Assembly (NCBI GenBank): GCA_965208125.1
Contig: OZ242320.1
Location: forward strand, 4,192,001-4,256,000
Reading direction: 5' to 3'
DNA: 64,000 nucleotides
Source of the DNA: Candidatus Latescibacterota bacterium
GTDB lineage: Bacteria > Latescibacterota > UBA2968
This document shows positions 49,998-60,611 of this stretch, piece after piece. Position 1 is the stretch's first letter. The number at the start of each line of letters is the position of its first letter. Both the position numbers and the translations under genes were made by a program. The notes under the pieces were generated by a model, which worked only from the letters and a program-made list of their open reading frames with translations, was not told the DNA's origin and did no database searches.

Positions 49998-51086
49998 TTA
50001 CCTGGCCAGGCCTTGCTCGACCTTCTGCTCAAAATCGCGCATCTGATCCGCCCCATCTAACACGCCGATTTCCATGTTGAATTCGCGCACTTCGCCCGGT
50101 TCAATGTACTGCAAGGTCCCGTGCTTGCGGTTCCAGGCGCGACCAAGTACCGAGCAGTTGCCCGGTTCAATGCCGGTGACGTAGGTGCCTTTGTGGAAGT
50201 GCTGCCAGTGGTTGACGATGGGGATCTCGCTGTGCTTGAACCGCCAATACAATCCCAGGCCGAGCTTTTCGTTGAGCAGGCCGATGTAGATGCGTCCCTG
50301 GCGATCGGTGCGGGGCCGATGTACGTACACATCGTCGTGGGCGCGCGGTTGCGGTCCTTTGGCCACGGTGTAGTCCTCGGGGCCGACAAGGCGGTCCTCG
50401 GTCCACTCGGTGCTCCCGCGGCTGTGGAGGACGAGGCGCGTTCCTTCGTCGAGGAGGGGGAAGCCAGGGTTGCAGTGATACACGAACATGAGAGGTGAAC
50501 GGTCAACGGCGAGGTTTTCGATGCGGTCGCGGATGTGGATGCTCCGCTCGCCGAGTACGGTCGAAATCTCGCGCGACAGTTCTAAATTTTCAGCAAAGAC
50601 CTCGGCCTGGCGCATTTGGCCGCGGATGCGCACGACGTAATCCGAGCCCTCCCAGCCCGCCTCAATGCCGACGTTCTTCGCGGGTATGTAAGAGAGGCGA
50701 CCGTGCAGTGGCATCTCGGCGTTTTCTTCTTCGGGATCAACCTCTGGGTGGCCGACAAAGTCGAGGCCGCAAGAGGTTACCAGTCCGCCGAACCAGCCGC
50801 GTCCCCATTTGAAGCCCTCTGGCTCGTAGAAGGCCGGCCCGACGTCTCCGGGTCCGGAGCGGAAGCACAACGACTGGCCCTTGTAGTGGGCCGAGGCAAT
50901 GTCGAGGGCGCGGCCGGGCAAGACGGAAAACCCCAGGCCCGAAGCGTTGAATACGTCGATGAGGTCGGCGCCGCGCTCGAATCCTTCGCTGCGCTCGGCG
51001 CGGCGGGCGTACATGAGTTGGCTGATGTCGCCGACGCGGTTGAGCAGTTGGCGGCGAGTGAAGTTGCGGCCAAAGAGCCTGGGCAT
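49998..51086 (-). CDS. Aldose 1-epimerase family protein (DUF4432-like)
   Basis: LPGRALDI, LHGR, YHCNPGFPLL, GIEPGN. Confidence 0.85.
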   Translation of the reverse strand: MPRLFGRNFTRRQLLNRVGDISQLMYARRAERSEGFERGADLIDVFNASGLGFSVLPGRALDIASAHYKGQSLCFRSGPGDVGPAFYEPEGFKWGRGWFGGLVTSCGLDFVGHPEVDPEEENAEMPLHGRLSYIPAKNVGIEAGWEGSDYVVRIRGQMRQAEVFAENLELSREISTVLGERSIHIRDRIENLAVDRSPLMFVYHCNPGFPLLDEGTRLVLHSRGSTEWTEDRLVGPEDYTVAKGPQPRAHDDVYVHRPRTDRQGRIYIGLLNEKLGLGLYWRFKHSEIPIVNHWQHFHKGTYVTGIEPGNCSVLGRAWNRKHGTLQYIEPGEVREFNMEIGVLDGADQMRDFEQKVEQGLAR

Positions 51087-51119
51087 GGGGGACCTCCTGT
51101 AGCAAATGCTGATCGGTAG

Positions 51120-51944
51120 TTAACGGACAAGGATCTGAAATTCGACCTGAACCGGTTTATGGTCGGATGGATAAACACCGTCGATATTGTAGTCCACGAC
51201 CTCATACGAGCGGACCTCAACGTCCCCTCTGAACAAAATCCAGTCGATTCCGTTGCCGCCTTCTATACTGTCTGTCAGTACGCCAGGCTCTCCCGAGCCT
51301 TTATCCCCGACAAATGTTCTATAGACATCGCTCCCCGGTCTTGCGTTGAAATCTGCCAACAGAAATACAGGGCGGGGCCTGGTCCACTCACCAAACCGGT
51401 CGAGCGCATGGACCCGCTCGACAATTAGTCTTGCACTATTCAGCCTTGCCAGAGCCATTCCCTCGCCTGGGGCCAGATGCGTGTTGAAGACATAAAACTC
51501 CTGAGTATTCTCCCAGTGCCCCCTGTAGTCCATTGGGTAGGGACTCGTTTCTCTATCTGCCGGTCTGTTGATGATCGCGAGACGGGCCCATGTGACCATA
51601 CGGGGATTGTTAGCAGGGCCGCTACCGATGACTTCCGGCGTTTCCGATAGCTGAAAACTGCCCATTTCCCTGAGTCGGAATCTATCTCGCTTGAAGAAGA
51701 TGGCCATATGCTCGTCATCATCCCCTCCCTTTCGGCCTTCTCCGATGACCACGTATTCAGGCAAATGATCCATCAGATAGTCTATCTGCTCCTTCAAGCC
51801 TTCCTGGCTACCAATGATGTCAGGACTGTGTTTGCGAATCAGTGCCACTTGCATATCGCGCCGCACTTCCCAGGGCGGCTCAAACGTGGGACTGGCATAT
51901 TTCAGGTTGTAAGTCATAAACTTGATCGTCTTCTCGTCGGTCAT
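51120..51944 (-). CDS. Endonuclease/exonuclease/phosphatase family protein
   Basis: MTYN, GSQE, NTHL, DFN, IDWI, PSDH. Confidence 0.9.
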   Translation of the reverse strand: MTDEKTIKFMTYNLKYASPTFEPPWEVRRDMQVALIRKHSPDIIGSQEGLKEQIDYLMDHLPEYVVIGEGRKGGDDDEHMAIFFKRDRFRLREMGSFQLSETPEVIGSGPANNPRMVTWARLAIINRPADRETSPYPMDYRGHWENTQEFYVFNTHLAPGEGMALARLNSARLIVERVHALDRFGEWTRPRPVFLLADFNARPGSDVYRTFVGDKGSGEPGVLTDSIEGGNGIDWILFRGDVEVRSYEVVDYNIDGVYPSDHKPVQVEFQILVR

Positions 51945-51957
51945 CGGATTTCCTCAT

Positions 51958-54063
51958 TCAATCTTTGATTAGCACGGTGTCCATCGCCGGAACCTGGACC
52001 GATCTGCCCGCCAGTTCTATGGACTCGGACACTGTGGTGAAGTTTGCAATGGCGATTACGTCACCCGTACGGGACCGGAAGCGATAGGCTCTGACCCCGT
52101 CCTGAGTTGTTTGCAGTCTCTCTACACCTTGGCCTATGCGGCGCGTTCCGGCACGTCCCTGGCGTATGACACATGCGTAGTCCCGGACGTTTTCTCCGCT
52201 TGATCCGGGACGCAGGAATACGCGGTCCTGTAGTAGATTCCTCCACCGCTCGGGTGTATTTCTCTCCGAGGCATCTTCATAGAAAAGCTGCTCGCCGCAC
52301 GTCTCGATCCCCAAACATCCCGCGATCTTGATCCAGGTCGAACCGGTTTCGATCACCCGTGCTCGTCCGCCGACGCCTCGTATGGTGCGACGACCGCCTT
52401 CGAAGGAGATCGGGACCCGGTTGCCGTTCAGGAAATCGTTCATGATATAGACGCCAAATCCCTCGTTCAGCGAGAGCGCGACATCCGCGACGGTCCAGTC
52501 TATTACGAACGAAGTTTCCCCGTCTTCGAGCGCGACGACGGCGATTGATTGTCGAATGCGGCCGTCCGCGTACTCGATTGCGCCCGTGGTTGTGAAGCCT
52601 TTCTCCGATGTGTGATCGGTGTGGAAGAGCGGTGTGGGATTCAGTCGCTCGCCGTTGACTTCGAAACGTCCTGTGAAGGCGTCCTGGTCCGATCCCAGCG
52701 TGTCCTCTCCGCCGGCTGGTACGACCATCCCCATCACGCTGTGCGCGAGGGATCGCCAGGCGAATGAGAACAGGCCCTGCTTGCTGCGGCGAACCTGCAG
52801 CCAGACATAGGGATAGGTCTCAGTTCCGACCTGCTCGCGTCTGAATTCCTCGACGGATATCGGCGAGACATCGGGTACGCCGGCAATCACGAGAGCGCCC
52901 AGCTGCCCCATGATGCCCGTTTCGAACTGAAAGTAGCGCCCCCCAGCCGCGTGAGGCATTCGGGCGTTGAATCGGCCGTCTTCTGCGTCCCGCATTGACC
53001 CGTCCAGATACACGAAGTTCTGCCACAGCATATGACCTGCAAATCGGTCGCCGAATTCCTCGAACATGACGGCGTGCTGGAAGTTGATGTCGGGTTCGTG
53101 GTAGGTCCAGTCCTGGCCGGATGGGTAGGCCGTAAATCCGTTATAGAGAAAGAAACGTCTCAGCACCTTCCAGGCGTCGTGGACGTGGTGCAGGTAGTGG
53201 GGGGGAGGTGTCTTGCCTGTCAGTGTAAAGGCGAGGCGCCCCATCATCAGGAGGACGCCACAGGCGAGGTACCCCGGATGGAAGGAGCCGTGGTTCTCCA
53301 CGGTGAGGTCGGGGTGGGACGTTTGCGTGCAGATCCAGTCTTTCAGCGACCTACCGTCAAAGAGTCGCGTATCGACTCGATCGAGGTCGGTGGTGAAGGT
53401 GTTGATGGCAAATAGCTTGCCCCGATAGAGCCATTCGTCCGCGTGGGGATGGTCGGGAAGGAGGCAATACGCCCAGGCGAGAAGATAGCTGTCCCACGCA
53501 TTTTCCTCCTCCTTTGTGTCGTGCCAGCGTCCGTCCGGGGGATCGACCCCGAGAAATCGGTCTGCTTCAAAGGCGAGCACGCGATGGACGGCTTCGAGCA
53601 CGTCCGGATCCAGTTCGTCTGCAACGTGGTTGGCTGCCATTGCGATGTCCGCGATCCAGAGGGACGATTCCCAGTCGTCGCCCCACTGGCCATTCCATTC
53701 GAGCGGCTCCGTTCTTCGCGATCCGCTCAGGTGATGTGCGCAGATCCAGCGGAGGCATCGGTTCAATCGGTCGAGCAGGACGGGTTTTTCGATTCCGGCG
53801 ACCGAGGGGTCGAAGAACGCGCTTTGATGGAGGGCGGCGTAGCCTCGAAGTTCATCGCCCAGGGATCGGATGATCATTTCGTTGATCGGTCCGCCCGGGG
53901 GTTGAAACGCGTTCTCATTGAGGGTTCCGAAGTAGCCGTGTTCCTCGTCTTCATCGACCCAGTACTTCTCGATGTAGGGCACGTGCCGGCACATCAGGTG
54001 AACGAGGTCGGCCTCGGACGGAAAAGTCGGCGCGCTCGTGTCGAGTGGGGGGTAGTCGATCAT
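51958..54063 (-). CDS. Hypothetical 701-aa protein (helical N-domain plus beta-rich C-domain, lyase-like architecture)
   Basis: Long ORF; motifs DTKEEENAW, VENHGSFHPGY; no confident family. Confidence 0.55.
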   Translation of the reverse strand: MIDYPPLDTSAPTFPSEADLVHLMCRHVPYIEKYWVDEDEEHGYFGTLNENAFQPPGGPINEMIIRSLGDELRGYAALHQSAFFDPSVAGIEKPVLLDRLNRCLRWICAHHLSGSRRTEPLEWNGQWGDDWESSLWIADIAMAANHVADELDPDVLEAVHRVLAFEADRFLGVDPPDGRWHDTKEEENAWDSYLLAWAYCLLPDHPHADEWLYRGKLFAINTFTTDLDRVDTRLFDGRSLKDWICTQTSHPDLTVENHGSFHPGYLACGVLLMMGRLAFTLTGKTPPPHYLHHVHDAWKVLRRFFLYNGFTAYPSGQDWTYHEPDINFQHAVMFEEFGDRFAGHMLWQNFVYLDGSMRDAEDGRFNARMPHAAGGRYFQFETGIMGQLGALVIAGVPDVSPISVEEFRREQVGTETYPYVWLQVRRSKQGLFSFAWRSLAHSVMGMVVPAGGEDTLGSDQDAFTGRFEVNGERLNPTPLFHTDHTSEKGFTTTGAIEYADGRIRQSIAVVALEDGETSFVIDWTVADVALSLNEGFGVYIMNDFLNGNRVPISFEGGRRTIRGVGGRARVIETGSTWIKIAGCLGIETCGEQLFYEDASERNTPERWRNLLQDRVFLRPGSSGENVRDYACVIRQGRAGTRRIGQGVERLQTTQDGVRAYRFRSRTGDVIAIANFTTVSESIELAGRSVQVPAMDTVLIKD

Positions 54064-54299
54064 ACGGACGCTCCCGACTCTACGGTTTCGTGTGGTTCGT
54101 CGCAGCGAAAAACGACGAGTTTGCCGCTGTCGATGCGGTTTTTCACATCCCGCACAAATTCACGGGCGAGGTTGGTGTCGTAGAGTACTAGAGCACCCGG
54201 TGACTGTATGTGGGTTTGGAGGCGCTCCGATTTTTCACTCCAGGTCGATTGAAGTGTGTCGGATGCATCTCCTTCTGCGATAAGTATGACGAATGCCAT
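54060..54299 (-). CDS. Small hypothetical protein
   Basis: 79 aa with SD, stop overlapping the downstream ATG. Confidence 0.45.
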   Translation of the reverse strand: MAFVILIAEGDASDTLQSTWSEKSERLQTHIQSPGALVLYDTNLAREFVRDVKNRIDSGKLVVFRCDEPHETVESGASV

Positions 54300-54332
54300 G
54301 TGGTTTCTTCCTATTGTGTCCTCATAGAAGCG

Positions 54333-55175
54333 TCAGGTGAGGTAGTGCGAGGGTGTCCTGAATTCGTGAGATTTCTCGTATTCGCTCGAGGGATTCGCAT
54401 TCCGAACCTCCTCGGGTACGTCACCTTCCCACCAACTGGGTGGATCGGGAAATGAAAAGACGTCGTGCCAGGCAAGGAGTAGCGTTCGGCGTTCAGCCGT
54501 CTGGTTGGGCCACGCACCGTGGAGGACGCGCGCGTCTGCGATGACCAGATCTCCTGCGTTTAAGGGGATATCTACCGCATCGGGGTAGTCTGCGAACGCG
54601 GGATGCGACAGGTCGTTGATCGCCTGAATCTCTGATCCGTGAGCCCTGGGCAGGATATCGTGCAGTTCGTGGCGTTTCCGATGGCTGCCGGGGATCATGC
54701 GCAGGCATCCATTCTCGCGCGTGGTGTCCGTCAGGTAGTAGGACAAGAAGATGCGTATCGGCCAGGGAGTTGCGGCTTCGGGGCTCTGCCATTTCATGAA
54801 GTCCTGATGCCAGTAGAGGGGCGGACCATATCCTGGCTTGGACAGGATGATCACGGTGTCGTCCGATACGAGATTCTCGAGCCCAATTTGTCGGCAGGCT
54901 TTGAGTTGCGCAGGCTGATCGATGATCTCCTCGGCGATCGGGTCGGGAAACCGATTCTCGGCTGTCGGTCTTCCCTCTTGCCATCGGCGTTCCGTGCTGA
55001 CGAAGATATCGCTGCCCTGGTACCGGATTTTGTGGGGAACTGTCACGCGTTCGAAGATGCGGTCGGACCATGTCCTGAGCCTGTCCAGCAGATCCTTATC
55101 CATCACACCAGGTACGATGGTGTAGCCCAACTCGACCAACTCCCGCCGCTTTGCCAGCGCCTGCTCACTCGTCAT
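54333..55175 (-). CDS. PhyH family dioxygenase
   Basis: WHQD, ENGCLRMIPGSH, VLHGAWPN...RR. Confidence 0.9.
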   Translation of the reverse strand: MTSEQALAKRRELVELGYTIVPGVMDKDLLDRLRTWSDRIFERVTVPHKIRYQGSDIFVSTERRWQEGRPTAENRFPDPIAEEIIDQPAQLKACRQIGLENLVSDDTVIILSKPGYGPPLYWHQDFMKWQSPEAATPWPIRIFLSYYLTDTTRENGCLRMIPGSHRKRHELHDILPRAHGSEIQAINDLSHPAFADYPDAVDIPLNAGDLVIADARVLHGAWPNQTAERRTLLLAWHDVFSFPDPPSWWEGDVPEEVRNANPSSEYEKSHEFRTPSHYLT

Positions 55176-55361
55176 GTCTCAATCCTTTCGGTTATCAGGG
55201 GTATTATACCTAATTATGCGAATCTGTGTTCAAAAAATACGTCGGTTGCATGATGGATCAAAAAATGGCAGCAGGCCCGTCAAAAGTCAGTTGGTAGCCA
55301 ACGCCATTGAGCGTATCTTCCGTACGAAATGAGCCGTCTTTAGCCATTGAGGAGGTCAACT

Positions 55362-57215
55362 ATGGAAGCGGATACAGAACTCCGCAAACAGCACCAGCGT
55401 GATGCGATCCTGCGAGATCGTATGCGGAAGGCATTTGATATGGCGTACGACACGGACGCTGCGCTGATTGTCCGCTGGAATCCGTTCTTTCCCCGTTTCA
55501 ACGGCCACACCGTCGCCCAGCAATCCCTGGACTACGCCATCCTCCTGCTTCTGTCCGACGACCGCACCTACGGGACGGACGATGCCGGTGAGGCCAACCG
55601 AATCATTCGCCGAATCCTGGACCACCAGGACCTGCGACCGAAGTCCGAGACCTTCGGCAATTTCTTCTGGATGACCCACTGGGACCGGGTCAAAGACAAA
55701 AACGCCGTCTCCTTCCTCACGATCGGGCTGGTCTTCACGTACGTCAACTTCCAGGACAAGCTGGAGGATGACACGAAGGCTGCGCTCGAGCGCGCCTTTC
55801 CAAACGTGTTGCTCGGCATCCGTGACCACAAAGTCCGATGGCAGTACACCAACATCTACTTTCTCAACCTCGGCGGCCTGGTCGGTCTTGCCCGCGTGCT
55901 GGACGATCCATCGATCCACGCCGAAGCGGTGGCCGACTTCAACACCTGGGTCGAAGGCACTTCGGAGGACGGCTTCCACGAATTCAACAGCCCGACGTAC
56001 ACACCCGTTACGCTCTCAGGTATGGAAGCGACGTGGGCTTACACGCCAGATGGCGAGTTCAAAGACAGACTGCGGCGCACCATGGATTTGATAACCTATC
56101 AGATGGCGCTCAATCTGATGCCCGGTGGATTTCTGGCGGGTGCTGCCGCAAGGGCTTACCAGGGAGATGTGCTGAACGGTTCAATCGGGGCTGCTTCGTA
56201 TGCCCACGTTAAATTCGGCACCCCTGCTCCGGCCGAGCCTGCGGTCCTGATACCGAGCCTGTTCGACTACGTGCCGCCGGAACCTGTTCGATCCCTGGCG
56301 AACGAGATGGCGGACGGAGCCGAGATACTCGATCGGGGAATCTCGCTGGGTAGCCGACGAACCCACGTCATTACGCAGGCTTATGGGCTGGCATCTCAGA
56401 GTTTACAATCTGTGGGCGGCCACTCGCCTCCGTCGTATATCCTGCTGGTCCGGAACAGCAAGACCCTGCGACCCAGTGTCCCGTTCCTTCCGGACGAATC
56501 CTTTACGCATCAGCCGTGCGCCACATTCCTGTCGCGTCAGAACGGCAGTCAGGTGGTCGGCAGACTGTACTACGATCTGCAGGAGGAGCAACGAAGTAAG
56601 TTTCTGGACGATCCTACGTTCATTTGTGAACCTCGCGTCCTGTTCGGACTGAGGGACCAAATCGAGTCCGTTCGCATCGGCAATGTGGATTGGGGCGGAA
56701 AACCCGTGAGCCTTTTGCCAGGACAATCCGTGGCTGTTTCCTATGGAGATATCTACCTGGGTGTTGTCGTCCTGCTCCTAGACTGCGACGGTCAAGCGAT
56801 TCGTGGTCGCGCGACGCTGGCCTATGGCGAAGACGGTGAACTGCGCCTGCGAGTCAGACTCCACGGGGGAGAGGACATGCAGCAGGAAGATAACCCGCTC
56901 GTCGCTCTGCTCTACGTCGAAGTTCAGGTTCCCAAGGAGAGACATCCGCTCGAGACATTTGCCGACCAGTTGTCGGGCTGGCAGCTTTCCGATCAGAGCG
57001 ACGGAGAGACGGTCTCTTTCTTGGCCGAGCACGAAGATGACGCAACCATCGCCTATCCCTACACAGAGGCGGATCCGGATCCGATGGGCGATGCTCTGCA
57101 CCTATCGCCCTGGCTCGCGCTCCAGCCGGGAGACTTTGTCAAGCTGGTGAACGGGGAGAAGCCTTTGCTTTTCGACTCTGCACAGCAAAACCGGCTTTTT
57201 CGAGAAAGTGTATGA
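55362..57215 (+). CDS. Hypothetical protein, possibly heparinase II/III-like fold
   Basis: GGAGG SD; YTNI, HEFNSPTY motifs in a helical N-half and beta-rich C-half. Confidence 0.55.
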   Translation: MEADTELRKQHQRDAILRDRMRKAFDMAYDTDAALIVRWNPFFPRFNGHTVAQQSLDYAILLLLSDDRTYGTDDAGEANRIIRRILDHQDLRPKSETFGNFFWMTHWDRVKDKNAVSFLTIGLVFTYVNFQDKLEDDTKAALERAFPNVLLGIRDHKVRWQYTNIYFLNLGGLVGLARVLDDPSIHAEAVADFNTWVEGTSEDGFHEFNSPTYTPVTLSGMEATWAYTPDGEFKDRLRRTMDLITYQMALNLMPGGFLAGAAARAYQGDVLNGSIGAASYAHVKFGTPAPAEPAVLIPSLFDYVPPEPVRSLANEMADGAEILDRGISLGSRRTHVITQAYGLASQSLQSVGGHSPPSYILLVRNSKTLRPSVPFLPDESFTHQPCATFLSRQNGSQVVGRLYYDLQEEQRSKFLDDPTFICEPRVLFGLRDQIESVRIGNVDWGGKPVSLLPGQSVAVSYGDIYLGVVVLLLDCDGQAIRGRATLAYGEDGELRLRVRLHGGEDMQQEDNPLVALLYVEVQVPKERHPLETFADQLSGWQLSDQSDGETVSFLAEHEDDATIAYPYTEADPDPMGDALHLSPWLALQPGDFVKLVNGEKPLLFDSAQQNRLFRESV

Positions 57216-57345
57216 TTCGGTTGGCAGCTTTAATGTAGTTCTCTCGGCCGGATCAAAGCCCTTCGCCATGCGACCCAAAACTAAAGCATTGGGACTTACG
57301 GGCTTAAAGTTAATTTTTGAGGTCAGTAGCGTCTTCAGCAATCCA

Positions 57346-58917
57346 CTAATGCGCCCCGATCACCACCAGGTCACGTGGTGGTAGCGGGAATTCCTGGAGC
57401 ATGACGCGGTGCATCATTTCCTTTATCAGTTGCTGACGCGTCTGCTGGTACGCCGGATCATGCACGACGTTGACCAATTCGTCGGGGTCCCTGGTGAGAT
57501 CAAAGAGTTCTTCCCCGTCATCGCGCCCCGGCGTGACCGAATAGCGGAACTCGCGGTTTCGCAGTGTCTCTTTCCAGGGGAACTTCATGATCCCTTCATG
57601 GAAGGGCGACTCGCACAGGCCGCCGAATGACTCGGAGAATGCCGCCAGCCGCCAGTCTGAAACCCGCTCTCCCTTGCACAGGGGCATCAGCGAACGGCCG
57701 GCACATAGCGGATGGCCATCGCCGACTCCACGCCGCGACAGGGGCCTCGGGTGCTGTGCCAGAAGTGTTTCGTGCATATCCAATATGGTCGGACAGATGT
57801 CCTCGTGCTGCACGATGAGGTCGCAAGTGCTGTCCTGCTTCAGGCCTGGTCCGGCTACAATCAGCGGGATGCGGATGACGGCGTCGTAGTGTCTGGCGGA
57901 TTTTCCGCCCAGATTGTGGTCCATGAGCATCTCGCCGTGGTCAGACACAAAGATGAAGTAGCTGTTCTCCATCCTGCCGACCTGTTCCAATCGCTCCAGG
58001 ATGCGGCCGATCTGTTCGTCGAGGTGGATAAAATCGGCAAAGTAGAGCTTGCGGTAATAGCGCCAGTTGGGGATCCTGTCAGGTCCATTCCAGTGGTCCG
58101 TGTCGTAACCGACAGGATCGGGGATGAGATCCTCGTTGACCCTCTCCAGAAATCGCTCCGGCGGATGGAATGGGGGATGGGGCTGTACATAGCTGATGTG
58201 GGTGTATAGAGGTTGATCGGCGGGCGTTTCATCGATGAAATTCAGGGCATGTTCCGTGATCCAGTTGGTCTGCGAGATCTCTTCGGGGAAGGGCAGGGGG
58301 TAGTAGCCTTCGGTTCGGGTTTTGTTCCCTCCGTCATCGCCTTTAGACCACGCCATTTTCTTCTTTGCCCGGCGCATCCTTTCGGTCAGGTTGACTTTCC
58401 GCTCGCCATACGAATCGTAATAAGGCAACTGAGAATTCCAGTTTGCCGGGGTTGCCATGATTGCATCATAGTGTTCGGGATGCTCTCTTTCGATCCAGTC
58501 ATGCCACTCGCCGGTCCGGTTGTCCTCGGTGTTGTGGACAACATCCCAGCCGTACTCCCGGTAGTCCGGGTATGGGTAGTATTCAGAGTCAAAGGGATAG
58601 AAGTGGATCTTGCCGAACGCGCCGGTTCGCCATCCAGCCATCTGCAATGTCTTCATGAAGGTGGGGATGTCGGGATTGAGCCGGTAGCCATTGGAGAGCA
58701 GGCCGTGGCCGCGGCTGGTGAGTCCCGTGGCAATGCCCGCCCGGGCCGGGCAGCAGACCGGGTTGTTGGAAAACGCATTGGTGAAGGTTACGCCCATGCT
58801 CTGGAGGCGTTTCAGGTTGGGCAGGTCGCAGATGCCGTTCATAGCCGCTTCCAGCCACTTGGCCCCCATCTGATCGACCATGAGGAAGATGACGTTGGGT
58901 TTGTTCTTTGAGTTCAT
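57346..58917 (-). CDS. Sulfatase
   Basis: CCPAR, FGKIH, PHPP, SDHGE. Confidence 0.9.
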   Translation of the reverse strand: MNSKNKPNVIFLMVDQMGAKWLEAAMNGICDLPNLKRLQSMGVTFTNAFSNNPVCCPARAGIATGLTSRGHGLLSNGYRLNPDIPTFMKTLQMAGWRTGAFGKIHFYPFDSEYYPYPDYREYGWDVVHNTEDNRTGEWHDWIEREHPEHYDAIMATPANWNSQLPYYDSYGERKVNLTERMRRAKKKMAWSKGDDGGNKTRTEGYYPLPFPEEISQTNWITEHALNFIDETPADQPLYTHISYVQPHPPFHPPERFLERVNEDLIPDPVGYDTDHWNGPDRIPNWRYYRKLYFADFIHLDEQIGRILERLEQVGRMENSYFIFVSDHGEMLMDHNLGGKSARHYDAVIRIPLIVAGPGLKQDSTCDLIVQHEDICPTILDMHETLLAQHPRPLSRRGVGDGHPLCAGRSLMPLCKGERVSDWRLAAFSESFGGLCESPFHEGIMKFPWKETLRNREFRYSVTPGRDDGEELFDLTRDPDELVNVVHDPAYQQTRQQLIKEMMHRVMLQEFPLPPRDLVVIGAH

Positions 58918-58945
58918 CGATAAATCTCTTTTTTGTAAAATTTTT

Positions 58946-60580
58946 TTAGTGAATACCAAACCAGAACAGATCACGCGGAGACACAGGATAATCCTGACGG
59001 ATAATCTGTTCCATCAGGCGATCTTTCATCTCCCGGCGTAAAGCGGCATGCTCCGGATCATTGACAAGATTCTTCTGCTCGTCCGGATCCGACTCGAGAT
59101 CGAAAAGCTGCTCGCCGTGTCCATTGGGGTAAAACGTGTATCGGTATCTGGATGTGCGTACGGTGCGCGCCCAGGCTCCCAGAGTCCCTGGACCGAAGCA
59201 TGGAAAAGATTCAACATACGCCTCCTCCCGCCAATCGTCCGGCATCTCTCCACGGCAAAGCTCGACCAATGACCTTCCTGAAATCGCTGGCGCACTGTCA
59301 TCCAGGCGGCCACCAAAATGGCGAAAGCGCAGGTGAGGCAGGGGCACGCCGGTCATGTTGAGAATAGTGGGACAGACGTCTTCCAGTTGCACGATTTCCT
59401 GGCATATGGCGTTCTTCTGCAGGCCGGGACCCACAATGATTAGTGGCACCCGAATACCGCCATCGTAGTGGCGCTCCTGTTTTTGCCAGAAGCCGTGATC
59501 ACCGAGAAATTCACCGTGATCAGACACAAAAATGATGTACGTGCTGTCAAGACGCCCGGTGTCTTGCAAAGCCTTCCTGACCCGACCCAGTTGTTCGTCC
59601 AGGTGGGTAATGTCGGCGAAGTAGCAATGACGCTCGTGGCTGAGATCCGGTATCACGGGGGGCTGTCCATCCGAACCGGATGTAACAGCTATATCTTTCA
59701 TCCAGGATGGTCGGTCGTCGCTCTCGCCGTGCAACACCCGCGCCACTTTCTGAAAGTATTCGGGCGCGTCAGCATCGTTGAGCCAATCCGCCGGGACAGG
59801 AGCAGGGATTTTCTCCGGGTTGACGCGATCCATGAATTCGCTTGGGGGACAAAACGGGCCGTGGGGTGCCACGTAGCTGATATGGGCAAAGAAAGACTGC
59901 TCCGAATGGGTGTCGCGGATGAAATCCAGTGCCCTTGCGGTTATCCACGATGACTGCGATACCTCCTCGGGAAACGGCAGCGTATAGGCCTTGGGAGAGT
60001 TCCTGGGCCATGCCTCAGTAGGGTGTGGATAACGCTCTTTAGCGGCGCGTATGGCCGGTCTCAGATCGACGCCGTCGGGACCGTATTCGGCGTAACCCGG
60101 AACAGCGGGCCAGGCCGTTGAAAGGGCCGCTTCATAATGTTCAGGATGCGCCTCTTTGACCCAGTCGAGCCACTCGCCGGCGCGGTCATCCTCAGTGCCG
60201 TGTACGACATCGAAACCATAGGGGTGGTAGTCGTGTACGAGGCTTTCGTGATGCGGCCTGAGGTGTAGCTTTCCGAAAGCGCCAGTCCGCCACCCTTCCT
60301 TTTGCAGCGCTTGCATAAAGGTTGGAATCTCAGGGTTGAGCGCGTACCCGTTCATGATCAAACCATGCGCTCTCGAACAAAGCCCGGTGGCAATCGTTGC
60401 CCGGGTAGGTGAGCATACCGGATTGCTGGAGAATGTCCGGGTAAAGGACGTGCCGTTTTCACGCAGCCAGTCCAGGTTCGGCAGGGCACAGATTCCTCTG
60501 TCCCGAGCCACTTCGAGCCACCTGGCCGACAACTGATCGACCATAAAAAGGATGACGTTGGATTTGTTTTGTGACTGCAT
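58946..60580 (-). CDS. Sulfatase (paralog of the adjacent gene)
   Basis: CSPTR, FGKLH, SDHGE; shares MVDQ..A.WLE, TED.R.GEW, LPFPEE.SQ with 57346-58917. Confidence 0.9.
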   Translation of the reverse strand: MQSQNKSNVILFMVDQLSARWLEVARDRGICALPNLDWLRENGTSFTRTFSSNPVCSPTRATIATGLCSRAHGLIMNGYALNPEIPTFMQALQKEGWRTGAFGKLHLRPHHESLVHDYHPYGFDVVHGTEDDRAGEWLDWVKEAHPEHYEAALSTAWPAVPGYAEYGPDGVDLRPAIRAAKERYPHPTEAWPRNSPKAYTLPFPEEVSQSSWITARALDFIRDTHSEQSFFAHISYVAPHGPFCPPSEFMDRVNPEKIPAPVPADWLNDADAPEYFQKVARVLHGESDDRPSWMKDIAVTSGSDGQPPVIPDLSHERHCYFADITHLDEQLGRVRKALQDTGRLDSTYIIFVSDHGEFLGDHGFWQKQERHYDGGIRVPLIIVGPGLQKNAICQEIVQLEDVCPTILNMTGVPLPHLRFRHFGGRLDDSAPAISGRSLVELCRGEMPDDWREEAYVESFPCFGPGTLGAWARTVRTSRYRYTFYPNGHGEQLFDLESDPDEQKNLVNDPEHAALRREMKDRLMEQIIRQDYPVSPRDLFWFGIH

Positions 60581-60611
60581 AATGACCGCCCTAATGCGCT
60601 GTTTGAGCTTT

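Noticed and set aside
16065-55175. Integron cassette array
   Set aside because: Spacers are mostly too short, I found no recurring RYYYAAC...GTTRRRY attC palindromes, and no integrase is present
55197-55224. dif/Xer site (minus strand GATTCGCATAA resembles a XerC arm)
   Set aside because: No TTATGTTAAAT-like XerD arm after the spacer; the adjacent TATAAT is more likely a -10 box
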